DNA of 64,000 nucleotides from assembly GCA_900766585.1 (NCBI GenBank), contig CAAFVV010000030.1:78980-142979 (forward strand). Reading direction: 5' to 3'. The stretch's first letter is position 1. Each line of letters starts with the position of its first letter. The notes under the pieces were generated by a model. It was not told the DNA's origin. It ran no database searches and saw only the letters and a program-made list of their open reading frames with translations. Positions 18,754 to 28,841 of the stretch are shown here, one piece after another. This DNA comes from Clostridia bacterium. Lineage in GTDB: Bacteria > Bacillota > Clostridia > Oscillospirales > Acutalibacteraceae. Made by a program: the position numbers and the translations under genes.

Positions 18754-19776
18754 TTATTCCGTCAACTCTTCCAGAATCCTGCCCAGTGCCCCGGCAAAAT
18801 ATTCCACGCGCGGAATCAGTCGCGCATAGTCCATTCGCAGCGGTCCGATCAGCCCGATAGAGCCGACGCTTCCGCCGCCGCGGTAGCGGGTCACAATAAT
18901 GCCGGAACCGGTCAATTCAGGCCGCGGACTCTCTTCGCCCAATACCACGCGCAATCCGCCGGAATGGGCAGAAAGCATGCGGGAAAGCGAATCACGCTGC
19001 GCCAAAAACTGCAGTATGCCGTAAGCGTTTTCCTGCGTCAGATCGTCCCGCCGCAGCAGATTGAACTGACCGGCGAGGAGCAACTCAAAATGTGCTGCCT
19101 CCGCGGCAAGCTCCACAAAGGCGGAGACGAGCGGCAGACAGGCAAAGCCATATTCTCCCATGACCGCCATCACGCCCTGCGCGTCGGCGGCGCCGATCTG
19201 CGCAAGCGGCACGCCGCAAAACCGGCGCTGAAGCTCGTCAGAGAGACGAGCCATCCACTCCGCAGGCACCTCGCGGTCGGAACGGGCGACACAGCTGCGG
19301 ACAATGCCCGAGCCGGTCATCAGAATGATCGTGGTCACCTGCGGCGAAAGAGCCAGCAGCTCAATCCGCTGCACCGTGGCATTCTGCTCCCACGGTGTTG
19401 TCGATACGGCAGCACAGCGCGTCTCCTCCGCCAGAGCCTTAGACGCGGTGTCCACCAGTTTTTCCGGATCACGGGAGCACCCTTCCAGCATGCCGTCGAT
19501 CTCCCGGCGGCTCTTTTCATCCAGCCGGCGGCGCGGCATCAGGTGGTCAATATACACTCGAAATGCCGCCGCGGTCGGAACACGCCCCGCCGATGTATGC
19601 GGCTGAAACAGATACCCACGCGCAGAAAGCTCTGCCATATCGTTGCGGATGGTCGCCGAGGACACAGTATTGTCCAGTTGATCGACCACCGCTTTGGAGC
19701 CGATCGGCTCACCGGTGCGGATATATGTCTCGATCACCGCGCGCAGAACCTGCTGCCTGCGTTCCCCCAGCTCCAT
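18754..19776 (-). CDS. hrcA: heat-inducible transcriptional repressor HrcA
   Basis: N-terminal wHTH ELGERRQQVLRAVIETYIRTGEPIGSK. Start placed at the internal ATG with GAGGTG RBS, because the longer ORF would overlap CIRCE. Confidence 0.9.
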   Translation of the reverse strand: MELGERRQQVLRAVIETYIRTGEPIGSKAVVDQLDNTVSSATIRNDMAELSARGYLFQPHTSAGRVPTAAAFRVYIDHLMPRRRLDEKSRREIDGMLEGCSRDPEKLVDTASKALAEETRCAAVSTTPWEQNATVQRIELLALSPQVTTIILMTGSGIVRSCVARSDREVPAEWMARLSDELQRRFCGVPLAQIGAADAQGVMAVMGEYGFACLPLVSAFVELAAEAAHFELLLAGQFNLLRRDDLTQENAYGILQFLAQRDSLSRMLSAHSGGLRVVLGEESPRPELTGSGIIVTRYRGGGSVGSIGLIGPLRMDYARLIPRVEYFAGALGRILEELTE

Positions 19777-19807
19777 AGTTGTCACCTCTTTGTATTTCAC
19801 ATCTGGA

Positions 19808-19834
19808 TTAGCACTCAAATCGCCCGAGTGCTAA
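19808..19834 (-). promoter_or_regulatory. CIRCE operator (HrcA binding site), perfect consensus TTAGCACTC-N9-GAGTGCTAA
   Basis: Exact 9-bp inverted repeat with 9-nt spacer about 30 nt upstream of the hrcA start. Confidence 0.9.
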
Positions 19835-19842
19835 CGATGTAT

Positions 19843-19871
19843 ACTCTACCATTCCCTGCAGGTTTTGTCAA
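19843..19871 (-). promoter_or_regulatory. sigma-A promoter of the hrcA-grpE-dnaK-dnaJ operon (TTGACA-17-TAGAGT)
   Basis: Minus-strand hexamers immediately upstream of CIRCE. Confidence 0.5.
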
Positions 19872-20038
19872 GGGGTAAGTGTAAACACTTTGTGAATTCG
19901 ACGCCAATCCGCCGGGCTGTCTGCCCTTTTACCGTCACAGAAAGTGACAATCACACACGGCACACCGAGAAAAAAGCGGTACAGCGCCCATGCGCTGTAC
20001 CGCTTTGACAACAGGTACACTTGTCGGTATAGGGGATC

Positions 20039-20314
20039 TTACTTCGCAACAGCGTCCTTAAACGCGCGGCCGGCTTTGAAAGCGGGCTGAACGGAAGCAG
20101 GGATCTCAATGGAAGCACCGGTGGAAGGATTGCGGCCCTGACGAGCCTCACGACGGCGGGTCTCAAAGGTACCGAAACCGACGAGCGACACCTTATCTCC
20201 GTCAGCCAGAGCGGCGACAACCGTATCCAGAACGGCAGAAAGCGCTTTTTCGGCATCCTTCTTGGAAAGGCCGGACTTTTCGGCAACAGCAGTAACGAGT
20301 TCAACTTTGTTCAT
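20039..20314 (-). CDS. hup: DNA-binding protein HU
   Basis: 91 aa. [35 protein letters not shown] is diagnostic HU/IHF arm. Confidence 0.9.
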   Translation of the reverse strand: MNKVELVTAVAEKSGLSKKDAEKALSAVLDTVVAALADGDKVSLVGFGTFETRRREARQGRNPSTGASIEIPASVQPAFKAGRAFKDAVAK

Positions 20315-20511
20315 GATCAGATAACCTCCATCATTTTATAACCGACAGGCATATTGCCCGGGTTTGAAACGGTCATTTGTACGCGATCACGCATACAACG
20401 ACTTTATTTTACCCTATACTGCCGAATATTGCAAGAGTTTTTTTCAAAAAAGAGAAAAGAACGGGGAAAAAGCGGAGAAAATCAGCAATTTCCCTGCTGC
20501 TGCCGCATCGG

Positions 20512-20832
20512 TCAGGCGCAGCGGTATGCCGACTCACGCCCGCAGGGTACAGCAGAGCATATTGCCGCCCGTTTTCCGGCACGACGGCGCGCAGTGCGGC
20601 GATCCAGGCGCATCTTACGGATGCAGCATGCCGCCAACGACAGACGGGACAGCCACAGCAATGCGGCAGCAAGCGGAAACACTGTCTGAACCAGTCCGAA
20701 CGTAAACACTTCGATCGCGCAGACCGCCAGCGGCAGCAAAGCCATGCGGCGTGTGGAAGCCAGACAGCCCTTATTCCACATCCAGAGAAAAAGACCGCCC
20801 ATACCGAGAATCGTCATTACACTGCCAACCAT
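20512..20832 (-). CDS. hypothetical small membrane protein (2 predicted TM, Arg-rich tail). Coding status uncertain.
   Basis: Only hydrophobicity and ORF length support it. Overlapping plus-strand ORFs in a GC-rich region look like noise. Confidence 0.2.
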   Translation of the reverse strand: MVGSVMTILGMGGLFLWMWNKGCLASTRRMALLPLAVCAIEVFTFGLVQTVFPLAAALLWLSRLSLAACCIRKMRLDRRTARRRAGKRAAICSAVPCGRESAYRCA

Positions 20833-20952
20833 TCTTCGCACCTCCGCATTTACGAACACTTGTTCCGAACAAACGTTTTACGCTCTTAGTATACCATACA
20901 ATTTGAAAAATGCAAGAGGTTTTTCGAAAAAAATCGAACAAATTTTCTCTTT

Positions 20953-21801
20953 TCAGCCTTTTACCGCCCCGCCGGTCACGCCTTCGACATAAAACTTCTG
21001 CAATTGCAGGAAAAGCAGCGTAATTGGGATGGATACCAGCACCGCACCGGCGCAGAACACTGTAAAGTACCGATAAATGTTTTCGCGCGTGAGCATCTGA
21101 TACAGACCGAGCGCCACCGTGTAGTGCCGGTAATTGTCCTTCATGATCACACTGACGAAAATAAAGTCAATCCACGGGGAGATAAATCCTGTCAGCGCCG
21201 TGTACACCACGATCGGCTTGGACAGCGGGAGCAGTATCTTCCAGAAGATCTGGTTTTTGCTTGCGCCGTCTATAGTGGCGGCCTCGTCAAGTGAGCGGCT
21301 GACGGTATCAAAATACCCTTTTGCCACGAGGTATTGCAGGGAATTGGAGGCGGAATACACCAGAACAAGTCCCAAAAGCGACTGGTTCAGCCCCAGCGCG
21401 TTAAGCAGATGGTACACGGCAATCATGGTCATAAAGCCCGGGAACATGCCGATCACCATGCCCGCTTTCATCAGCCCGCGCCGCGCGGGAAAGCGCAGGC
21501 GGCTGAACGTATAGCTGATGCACAGCACGGAAAATGTGGACAGCAGACAGGTCAGCACCGCAACAAACAGCGTATTGCCGAACCAGCGCGGGTAGTCAAA
21601 CAGACTGCGGTCGGTAAACAGCCGCCGGTAATTGTCAAGCGTCCAGCTCTGTGGAAGCAGATACGGCGTATAGGCGCCCGGCTCCGCGCGAAACGAGGTC
21701 ATCGCGAGCCACAGAAGCGGAAGAAGCCAGATGATCCCCAGTGCCGCCAGCAGGATATACACGCCCGTATCGGCAAGCCGGCGGCGAGTGCGGTACTTCA
21801 C
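20953..21801 (-). CDS. carbohydrate ABC transporter permease (MalG-like)
   Basis: 6 TM. EAA motif region LDEAATIDGASKNQIFWKILLPLSKP. Confidence 0.85.
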   Translation of the reverse strand: MKYRTRRRLADTGVYILLAALGIIWLLPLLWLAMTSFRAEPGAYTPYLLPQSWTLDNYRRLFTDRSLFDYPRWFGNTLFVAVLTCLLSTFSVLCISYTFSRLRFPARRGLMKAGMVIGMFPGFMTMIAVYHLLNALGLNQSLLGLVLVYSASNSLQYLVAKGYFDTVSRSLDEAATIDGASKNQIFWKILLPLSKPIVVYTALTGFISPWIDFIFVSVIMKDNYRHYTVALGLYQMLTRENIYRYFTVFCAGAVLVSIPITLLFLQLQKFYVEGVTGGAVKG

Positions 21802-23273
21802 TGGAACTCCTCCTCTCTCTGTGCGGACGACGAACGGGCATAAACCGTCAGCGACATGACCGCCGACAGCAGAAATACCAGTATGCCGATAGCAGAAGCC
21901 AGATTGTAGTTCTGCTCGTTGACCGTCTGCTTATACAGCCATGTCACCAGAAGATCCGTTTTTCCCGCCTGATAATAATCGAGCGACAGCGGACCGCCGC
22001 CGGTCAGCAGGTAGATCAGGTTAAAATTATTGATATTGCCGACAAACTGCGTGATCAGATAGGGCGCCGTGACAAACAGCATGTACGGCATCGTAATGCG
22101 GAAAAACACGGCGGCGGGACCTGCGCCGTCAATGCGGGCGCTTTCGTAGAGATCCTCCGGAATATTCATCAGTATACCGGTACAGATCAGCAGCGTATAC
22201 GGAATCCCCACCCACATATTCACAACGATTACGGTCACGCGCGCCCATGCGGCATCCGTCAGAAACGGCAGCGCCTCCCCGATCAGCCCGAGGTTTTTCA
22301 GCAGCACATTGACCGCGCCCTGCTCGCTGAGCAGCTGCGACATGAGCAGCAGGCTGACAAACTGCGGAACGGCAATCGTCATGACAAACACCGTGCGCCA
22401 CATCCCCTTAAAGCGGATGCTTTTACGGTTGATCAGCATGGCGAGAAGGATTCCGAAAAGGTAGTTTGTGAATGTGGCGAAAAACGCCCAGACCAGCGTC
22501 CAGCCGAGCAGGCGGACAAATGTTGTGGAGATCAGCGCATTTCCGCCGAACAGGTCGATAAACGTGTCCAGTCCCGTCCAGGTGAACAGGTTGCCCGGCG
22601 GCTGATGATCCTTATCAAAATTGGTAAACGCCATCAGCACCATGAAGATCAGCGGAAGAATCGTGAACACAGTCAGCAGCGCTGTCGGCACGGCCAGCGT
22701 CAGCCGCTGAAAGTGGCTGTCCGTCAGCTCGTTCAGCTGCCGGCGGACAGTCGGTATCGCCTCTCCCCGCTCCCGCTTCTGCTGATTGGCAAATGCAGTG
22801 CGCACATTGGCGGCGTACAGCCACAGCATGAACAGCGTGAGCAGGACTGTCACGGTGCCGAACAGCAGAATACGCAGGGAATTATCCGGCTGGGTGTACA
22901 CCCATATCTGCTGCTCCTCATCCCACACCTCACCGCGCAGCGTTTCTCCGAGCGTCAGATACTGCCGCAGGAGCGTTCCGCCGGTCGTCACCATATAGGC
23001 AATATACCCGATCTCCGCTGCCACATGCAAAAGCCCCGTCAGCCACTGTCCGCGAAACAGGCACCCCGCGCCCATCAGAATAAACGACAGCCGCGTCAGC
23101 GCGTCGCCGTGCCGGAGCGCGTCAAAAAGCAGCCGGAACCATCGACCGATACCGCGCACTGCGTCGGCAATTCCTCTGCAAAATGCGCGAATCCCGCCCC
23201 ACAGGCTGCCGGGAATTCCGGCAAGACCGGCGCCGATCCGTTTGAAAACGGGAACGCGGGAAATTTCACTCAC
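21798..23273 (-). CDS. carbohydrate ABC transporter permease (MalF-like, extended N-terminus)
   Basis: EAA motif ESARIDGAGPAAVFFRITMPYM. 8 TM with long periplasmic loop. 4-nt overlap with the downstream permease. Confidence 0.85.
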   Translation of the reverse strand: MSEISRVPVFKRIGAGLAGIPGSLWGGIRAFCRGIADAVRGIGRWFRLLFDALRHGDALTRLSFILMGAGCLFRGQWLTGLLHVAAEIGYIAYMVTTGGTLLRQYLTLGETLRGEVWDEEQQIWVYTQPDNSLRILLFGTVTVLLTLFMLWLYAANVRTAFANQQKRERGEAIPTVRRQLNELTDSHFQRLTLAVPTALLTVFTILPLIFMVLMAFTNFDKDHQPPGNLFTWTGLDTFIDLFGGNALISTTFVRLLGWTLVWAFFATFTNYLFGILLAMLINRKSIRFKGMWRTVFVMTIAVPQFVSLLLMSQLLSEQGAVNVLLKNLGLIGEALPFLTDAAWARVTVIVVNMWVGIPYTLLICTGILMNIPEDLYESARIDGAGPAAVFFRITMPYMLFVTAPYLITQFVGNINNFNLIYLLTGGGPLSLDYYQAGKTDLLVTWLYKQTVNEQNYNLASAIGILVFLLSAVMSLTVYARSSSAQREEEFQ

Positions 23274-23292
23274 GGAAAGCGCCTCCTTCTAC

Positions 23293-24489
23293 TCAGCGGG
23301 TGATCTGCTCTACCATGGCATCGAGCTGCACCTGCAGGCTCTTGGAATAATCCTTTGTCTCCATCGCCAGGCCGAACGCCTCAACCGGACTCCAGAACGT
23401 GGACAGCACGTCCTTCTGCGAGCTGGCAAATTCGCCCTGTGCCGTCAGCGCAGCAAGCGCGGCGTTGGCTTTTACCTTCTCATTTTCCGCCGCCTTGCGG
23501 TTTGAGGGACCCATTGCGCGCTTTTCAAAGCGCAGAAGCTGGTTTTGCTCATTGGTCAGCCACTCCGCCAGCTCCATGGCATCCGCCGGATGCGCCGTCA
23601 GCGCGTTGACTCCCAGCAGCTTAAAGCCGCCGAAGCTGCCCATCTGCACCTGCTCATCTCCCAGTGTAAAGGTTGGCAGCTTTGCAGCTGCATAGCCGTC
23701 GCCGAGCTTCTCCTTCAGCGCATCGGCGTTCCATGTGCCGGAAACCGCGGCGCAGGCAGTGCTCCCCATCGAGCCGGTCACGATGTCGTTGCCGCCGGTC
23801 ATAAAGGCGGGGTGTGCCGTAAACTGCTGCACGGCTTTGGCTGCCTGCACGCCGCGGGCGTTGTTGAAATCACAGGTCTGCTTGCCGTTTGCATCCAGAC
23901 CGACCTTGCAGCCCGCACCAAGGAAAAACGACGAACAGTACCAGCCGTCGGATACGTCCATGATCACCTTGCGGCCCGCCTTCTGTGCCGCCGCCATCAG
24001 GCCGTCCAGCGTCTCCACGTCCTTAGCGCTCAGCACGCGGCTGTCATAATAGAGGAAATAGCCGTTGTCGGACGTCATCGGATAGGCATACAGCTTGTCG
24101 TCCACCGTCGCCGCCTCCACCGAAGCGGCGGTGTTTTCATTCTGCACGGTTTCCCGGTTGCGGGTGATTTCATACAGCGCCTTGGCATTGACAAAGGTGC
24201 GGATCTGATCGTTCGGGAAGGAAAAGATATCTGCCGCAGCATTCGGGTCCTCAAGCACCCGCTTCTGCGCATTATCCTCGCCGACCACGCCGAGCGTGAT
24301 CTCGTATTTTTTATCCGCGTGCGCTTTTTCAAAGCTGTCGATCATCTCGCCCAAAAGCACCTGATCCTCCTGCGCACCCCAGACACGCAGCGAGATCACA
24401 TCCTTTTTCGCGTCATCGGAGCAGGCGGTCAGTCCCGCCATCACCAGTGTCATTGCCGATGCCAGGGCAGCGGTTAACCATCGTTTCAT
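23293..24489 (-). CDS. extracellular solute-binding lipoprotein (maltodextrin-binding, MalE-like)
   Basis: Lipobox LVMAGLTACSDD. SBP family 1 length and composition. Adjacent to malFG-like permeases and glgP. Confidence 0.8.
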   Translation of the reverse strand: MKRWLTAALASAMTLVMAGLTACSDDAKKDVISLRVWGAQEDQVLLGEMIDSFEKAHADKKYEITLGVVGEDNAQKRVLEDPNAAADIFSFPNDQIRTFVNAKALYEITRNRETVQNENTAASVEAATVDDKLYAYPMTSDNGYFLYYDSRVLSAKDVETLDGLMAAAQKAGRKVIMDVSDGWYCSSFFLGAGCKVGLDANGKQTCDFNNARGVQAAKAVQQFTAHPAFMTGGNDIVTGSMGSTACAAVSGTWNADALKEKLGDGYAAAKLPTFTLGDEQVQMGSFGGFKLLGVNALTAHPADAMELAEWLTNEQNQLLRFEKRAMGPSNRKAAENEKVKANAALAALTAQGEFASSQKDVLSTFWSPVEAFGLAMETKDYSKSLQVQLDAMVEQITR

Positions 24490-24525
24490 TGTCTTTATCT
24501 CCTTTTTGTTATAAAATGCGGTTGT

Positions 24526-26856
24526 TCACTCCAGCGGCAGATGCCAGATATTTTCTGCGTATTCCCGCACGGTGCGGTCACTCGAAAAGCGCCCCGCATG
24601 AGCGAGATTGAGGATACATTTGCGGGCAAACGCGCTGCGGTCGCCGTATTCGCGGTTGGCGCGCAGCCGTGTCTGCACAAGGTCGGCAAAATCCCCCAGC
24701 ACATAGTAGGCATCCGGTCTGTGCCAGGAAGCACCCTTGAGCAGTGCGTCGTACAGCTCGGCGAATATGCCGGTGCCGCCATCCGAAAACGTACCGTCGA
24801 TCAGGCTGTCCACCACCCGGCGGATCCGCGGCTCCGCCTTGTACAGCGCAGCGGGGTCGTAATCCGCCTGCCGATGCAGCTCCTCCACCGTCGCCCCGAA
24901 GCGGTAGTTGTTCTCCTCGCCTGCCTCCTCGAATATCTCCACATTTGCGCCGTCCAGCGTGCCGATCGTCAGCGCGCCGTTGAGCATCATTTTCATATTG
25001 CCCGTTCCGGACGCCTCTGTTCCCGCTGTGGAGATCTGCACAGAGAAATCGGCGGCGGGAAACAGCTTTTCGGCATAGGACACATCATAATTGGTGACAA
25101 ACCGCACCTGAATTTTCTGACTGACAGCCGCATCGCGCCGAATAAGCTCGGAAAGCTCGTGGATATACTTGATGACGCCCTTTGCCCGCGCATAGCCGGG
25201 GGCGGCTTTTCCGCCAAACAGGAACACAGTCGGTGTAAAGTCCTTCAGCTTGCCATCACGCAGCGCGTAGTACAGATCCAGAATCGAAAAAGCGTTGAGC
25301 AGCTGCCGCTTGTATTCGTGCAGGCGTTTGGCCTGTACGTCGCAGATCCAGTCCGTCGGGATCGTTATCCCCTCACGCCGTTCCATATAAGCCGACAGCC
25401 GCTCCTTGCAGCGCTGCTTTGCCGCCAGAAACTCCCGCTGAAAGCCGGCGTCATCCGCAAGAGGGATCAGCTTTTCCAGCTCGGAAAGGTCAGTGATCCA
25501 CCCTTCGCCGATCCGCGAGGTGATCAGCGCGGACAGATCGGGGTTGGCAAGCCGCAGCCAGCGTCTCTGCGTGATGCCGTTGGTCATATTGTAAAACCGT
25601 TCCGGCCACAGCGCATACCACTGTGGGAAAAGCCGCTTTTTCAGCAGCTCGGTGTGCAGCCGCGCCACGCCGTTGACCGCATGGCTACAAAACAGCGCCA
25701 GGCGTGCCATATGCACTTTTCCGCTGTCCAGCACGGCAAAAGCCGCCTGTTCCTTTTTCGGCACGCCGTGCGCCGTCAGCTCACGTTCAAGCTCCGCCTG
25801 AATGGCGCTCATCGTCTTTTTCAGACAGGGCAAAAGCCGGAAAAACAGCGTTTCGTCCCATACCTCCATCGCTTCGGGCAAAACCGTGTGATTGGTATAG
25901 GCAAACACGCGGCGCGCCGTGTCGAGCGCATCCTCAAAGCGCATATGCCCCTCTTCCGTCAAAAGGCGGATCAGCTCGGGAATCGCCGCTGCGGGGTGGG
26001 TGTCGTTGAGTTGAATCGCCAGCCAGTCGGACAGGTCGCCATCCGGCTTATGCCGTCTGAAACGGCGCAGAAGATCCTGAAGTGACGCGGAGCAGAAAAA
26101 ATACTGCTGTTTGAGCCGCAGCTCGCGTCCCCGGTCGGTGCTGTCATTCGGATACAGCACCGCGCTGATGCACGCCGCCTCGTTTTGCGCCCTAAACGCC
26201 TCGTCATACTGCTGCTTATCATATTGGGCGAGATCAAACGGCACGGTCGCTTCCGCCTGCCAGAGTCGTAGCCGGTTGACGGTCTTTCCGCCGTAGCCGA
26301 TCACCGGCATATCGTAGGGCACCGCATACACCGTCTGCCCACCGAACCGCACGGTTACGCGATCCTCTTCCCGCCGCCGCGACCACGGGTCGCCCGCGGT
26401 CATCCAGTCGTCCGGCGTCTCACGCTGAAAGCCGTCCGTAAAATGCTGGCGAAACAGCCCGTAGCGATAGCGGATACCGTAGCCGTGCAGCGGAATTCCG
26501 AGCGTGGCGGCGGAATCCAGAAAGCATGCCGCAAGCCGCCCGAGACCGCCGTTGCCCAGTCCGTAGTCGCTCAATTCCTCCGCTTCGTTCAGTGAGCGCC
26601 CCTCCCGGGCGAGCCACTCCTCTGCCTCCTCCAAAAGCCCCATGTTGAGCAAATTGGCGTGCAGCAGACGACCGATTAGAAATTCGGCGGACAGGTAGAC
26701 GGCGCAGCGTTCCTCCGGCTCCTCGGATTCGGGCGGGAGACGGGACAAAAGCGCCGTGCTCAGCGCATTGCTCCAATCGACCGTGCCGGTTTCCGGCGGC
26801 GTTTTATGCGTTTGCTCCCAAAGCAGACGCGGCACCTGCTCCCAGAGTTCTTTCAT
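24526..26856 (-). CDS. glgP: glycogen/maltodextrin phosphorylase (GT35)
   Basis: GNGGLGRLAACFLDS. TNHTVLPEA. PLP site EASGTGNMKMMLNGALTIGTLDGANVE. Confidence 0.92.
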   Translation of the reverse strand: MKELWEQVPRLLWEQTHKTPPETGTVDWSNALSTALLSRLPPESEEPEERCAVYLSAEFLIGRLLHANLLNMGLLEEAEEWLAREGRSLNEAEELSDYGLGNGGLGRLAACFLDSAATLGIPLHGYGIRYRYGLFRQHFTDGFQRETPDDWMTAGDPWSRRREEDRVTVRFGGQTVYAVPYDMPVIGYGGKTVNRLRLWQAEATVPFDLAQYDKQQYDEAFRAQNEAACISAVLYPNDSTDRGRELRLKQQYFFCSASLQDLLRRFRRHKPDGDLSDWLAIQLNDTHPAAAIPELIRLLTEEGHMRFEDALDTARRVFAYTNHTVLPEAMEVWDETLFFRLLPCLKKTMSAIQAELERELTAHGVPKKEQAAFAVLDSGKVHMARLALFCSHAVNGVARLHTELLKKRLFPQWYALWPERFYNMTNGITQRRWLRLANPDLSALITSRIGEGWITDLSELEKLIPLADDAGFQREFLAAKQRCKERLSAYMERREGITIPTDWICDVQAKRLHEYKRQLLNAFSILDLYYALRDGKLKDFTPTVFLFGGKAAPGYARAKGVIKYIHELSELIRRDAAVSQKIQVRFVTNYDVSYAEKLFPAADFSVQISTAGTEASGTGNMKMMLNGALTIGTLDGANVEIFEEAGEENNYRFGATVEELHRQADYDPAALYKAEPRIRRVVDSLIDGTFSDGGTGIFAELYDALLKGASWHRPDAYYVLGDFADLVQTRLRANREYGDRSAFARKCILNLAHAGRFSSDRTVREYAENIWHLPLE

Positions 26857-26963
26857 ATCGTTTCCTCCTGCGTTTCAAACTGGCTTTATCTTTTCCGCGG
26901 GATTGCTTTTTATGCAAAAATACGGTATACTGTCTGCAAACGCCGCGATAAGGAGGTACGGTA

Positions 26964-27584
26964 TTGACGAAAGCTGTCGTTTTTTTCGGAAAAGCCCCGC
27001 TGTCCCCGGCGGATAAACAGGCACTTTTGCACCGTTTGCCGCCTGCCGTCTGCGGGCACATTACCGCCAAACCGGCACAGAATCGCTGCGGCTCTCTTTT
27101 GGCCTATACGGCGCTCTCGCTCCTTTTGCCGGAGCCGCAGCAGCTTGCGTCCGTCCGGTTTCCTGACGGCGGAAAGCCGCACTTTGCCGACTTGCGCGGG
27201 GAGTTTAACCTTTCCCACACCAACGGCGCCGTAGCGGCGGCGATTGCCGACAGCGCCGTCGGTATAGATGTGCAGGCGCTCTCCCCGCCGCGTTTTAGCG
27301 TCGTTCGGCGCTTTTTTGACGCCGATGAACAGGCGGCCCTGCAAAATGCCGCGCCGGCAGAGTGTCCGCGCCTGTTCACGCGGCTGTGGACAAAAAAGGA
27401 AGCCGCCGTCAAGCAAACGGGGCGCGGTCTCAGCGGGCTGAATGACCCTATAGACCCGCGCGCCGTGTTTTCCTTTGCCGAAGGGGACGGTTTTGTCGCC
27501 TGTGTCTGTGCCGCCGAAGCGGTCGAAATCGCGGCTTTCCCCGTCGGGCAGCTTATCGCCCGCGCTCTGGCAAAAAAGCATTGA
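26964..27584 (+). CDS. 4'-phosphopantetheinyl transferase (Sfp/EntD-type)
   Basis: GKPHF..FNLSHTNGAVAAAIA..VGIDVQ and WTKKEAAVKQTGRGL motifs. TTG start with AAGGAGG RBS. Confidence 0.6.
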   Translation: MTKAVVFFGKAPLSPADKQALLHRLPPAVCGHITAKPAQNRCGSLLAYTALSLLLPEPQQLASVRFPDGGKPHFADLRGEFNLSHTNGAVAAAIADSAVGIDVQALSPPRFSVVRRFFDADEQAALQNAAPAECPRLFTRLWTKKEAAVKQTGRGLSGLNDPIDPRAVFSFAEGDGFVACVCAAEAVEIAAFPVGQLIARALAKKH

Positions 27585-27609
27585 ATAATCGGTAAAGACA
27601 GAGTATAAT
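27581..27609 (+). promoter_or_regulatory. sigma-A promoter TTGAAT-17-TATAAT upstream of alr
   Basis: Near-consensus hexamers with exact 17-nt spacer. The -35 overlaps the PPTase stop codon. Confidence 0.55.
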
Positions 27610-27647
27610 AGAAAGCAACAGTTTACGATCAAGGAGCCTGTGGCTTT

Positions 27648-28841
27648 ATGCAATCTTTTTTGAAACGCACTTGGGCGGAGATCGACCTCGATGCCCTCAA
27701 GCACAATTTTCATGTGATCGCCGACCATGTCACCCCCGGCTGCCGCATTATGGCGGTCGTCAAGGCGGACGGCTACGGTCACGGTGCCGTCGCGGCTGCC
27801 AAGCTGCTGCGCAGCGAGGGCGCCTCGTGGTTTGCCGTTTCCAATCTCGAGGAAGCGGCGCAGCTGCGTCTGGCGGGGATTACGGAGCCGATCCTGATCC
27901 TCTCCTACACACCGCCCGCCGAAGCCGCACGGCTTGCCGCGCTCTCGGTCACGCAGGCGGTTATCGGACGCGAATACGGCGAGCTTTTAAACGCCGAAGC
28001 CGAAAAAGCAGGCGTAAAGCTGTCTGTACATATTAAGGTGGATACCGGTATGGCACGCGTCGGCTTTTTCTGCCGCAAGGGCAGCGAGGCACACGCCGCC
28101 GAGGACATTGCCGCCGTCTGTGCGCTGCCGCATCTCTCTGCCGAGGGAATCTTCACCCACTTTGCCTCTGCGGATGAGCCGGATGGCGCAGCCTACACCG
28201 AAGAGCAGTATGCTCTGTTTTGCACGGTTATCCATCTGCTCAAACAGCGCGGGATCACATTCGCCCTGCGGCACTGCTGCAACAGCGCCGCGCTGATGCG
28301 GTTTCCGCACATGCACCTTGACATGGTGCGCCCCGGCATTATCCTCTACGGACTCTCCCCTGACGTGAGCATGAACGGTCTGTGGCCGCTGCGTCCGGTC
28401 ATGGCGGTCAAATCGGTGCTGTCCATGATCAAGACCGTTCCTGCCGGTACAGCGGTCAGCTACGGCCGCACATTCACGTCGCAGAACAGCTGCACGGTAG
28501 CCACGGTGCCGATCGGCTACGCCGACGGACTGCCCCGCTGCTTTTCGGGGCATTGGCAAATGGAGATCGGCGGCGCACCCGCCCCGATCATCGGGCGGAT
28601 CTGCATGGATCAGTGCATGCTGGATATCAGCCGTCTGCCGAAGGCGCAGGTCGGCGATGAGGTCACGGTGCTCGGCGGCACCGGCGCCTGCTCTGCCGAT
28701 CGCTTTGCCGCCGCCTCCCAGACCATTTCCTATGAGATTGTCTGCGACATCGGCAAGCGCGTGCCTCGCCTGTTTCTGCAAAACGGACGTATCGTCGATC
28801 AGCTCAATTACCTGATCCCCGACAAGGAGACAGCACGATGA
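27648..28841 (+). CDS. alr: alanine racemase
   Basis: PLP-Lys motif AVVKADGYGHG. 397 aa. C-terminal beta domain. Confidence 0.92.
   Translation: MQSFLKRTWAEIDLDALKHNFHVIADHVTPGCRIMAVVKADGYGHGAVAAAKLLRSEGASWFAVSNLEEAAQLRLAGITEPILILSYTPPAEAARLAALSVTQAVIGREYGELLNAEAEKAGVKLSVHIKVDTGMARVGFFCRKGSEAHAAEDIAAVCALPHLSAEGIFTHFASADEPDGAAYTEEQYALFCTVIHLLKQRGITFALRHCCNSAALMRFPHMHLDMVRPGIILYGLSPDVSMNGLWPLRPVMAVKSVLSMIKTVPAGTAVSYGRTFTSQNSCTVATVPIGYADGLPRCFSGHWQMEIGGAPAPIIGRICMDQCMLDISRLPKAQVGDEVTVLGGTGACSADRFAAASQTISYEIVCDIGKRVPRLFLQNGRIVDQLNYLIPDKETAR

Noticed and set aside
19776-19818. Longer hrcA start (MSANPDVKYKEVTT...)
   Set aside because: Would place the start codon inside the CIRCE operator and lacks an RBS. 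The internal ATG has GAGGTG at proper spacing.
18109-19878. 589-aa plus-strand ORF
   Set aside because: Antisense to grpE and hrcA. Arg-rich nonsense translation.
21741-23303. 520-aa plus-strand ORF
   Set aside because: Antisense to the MalF-like permease.
24541-26085. 514-aa plus-strand ORF
   Set aside because: Antisense to glgP.
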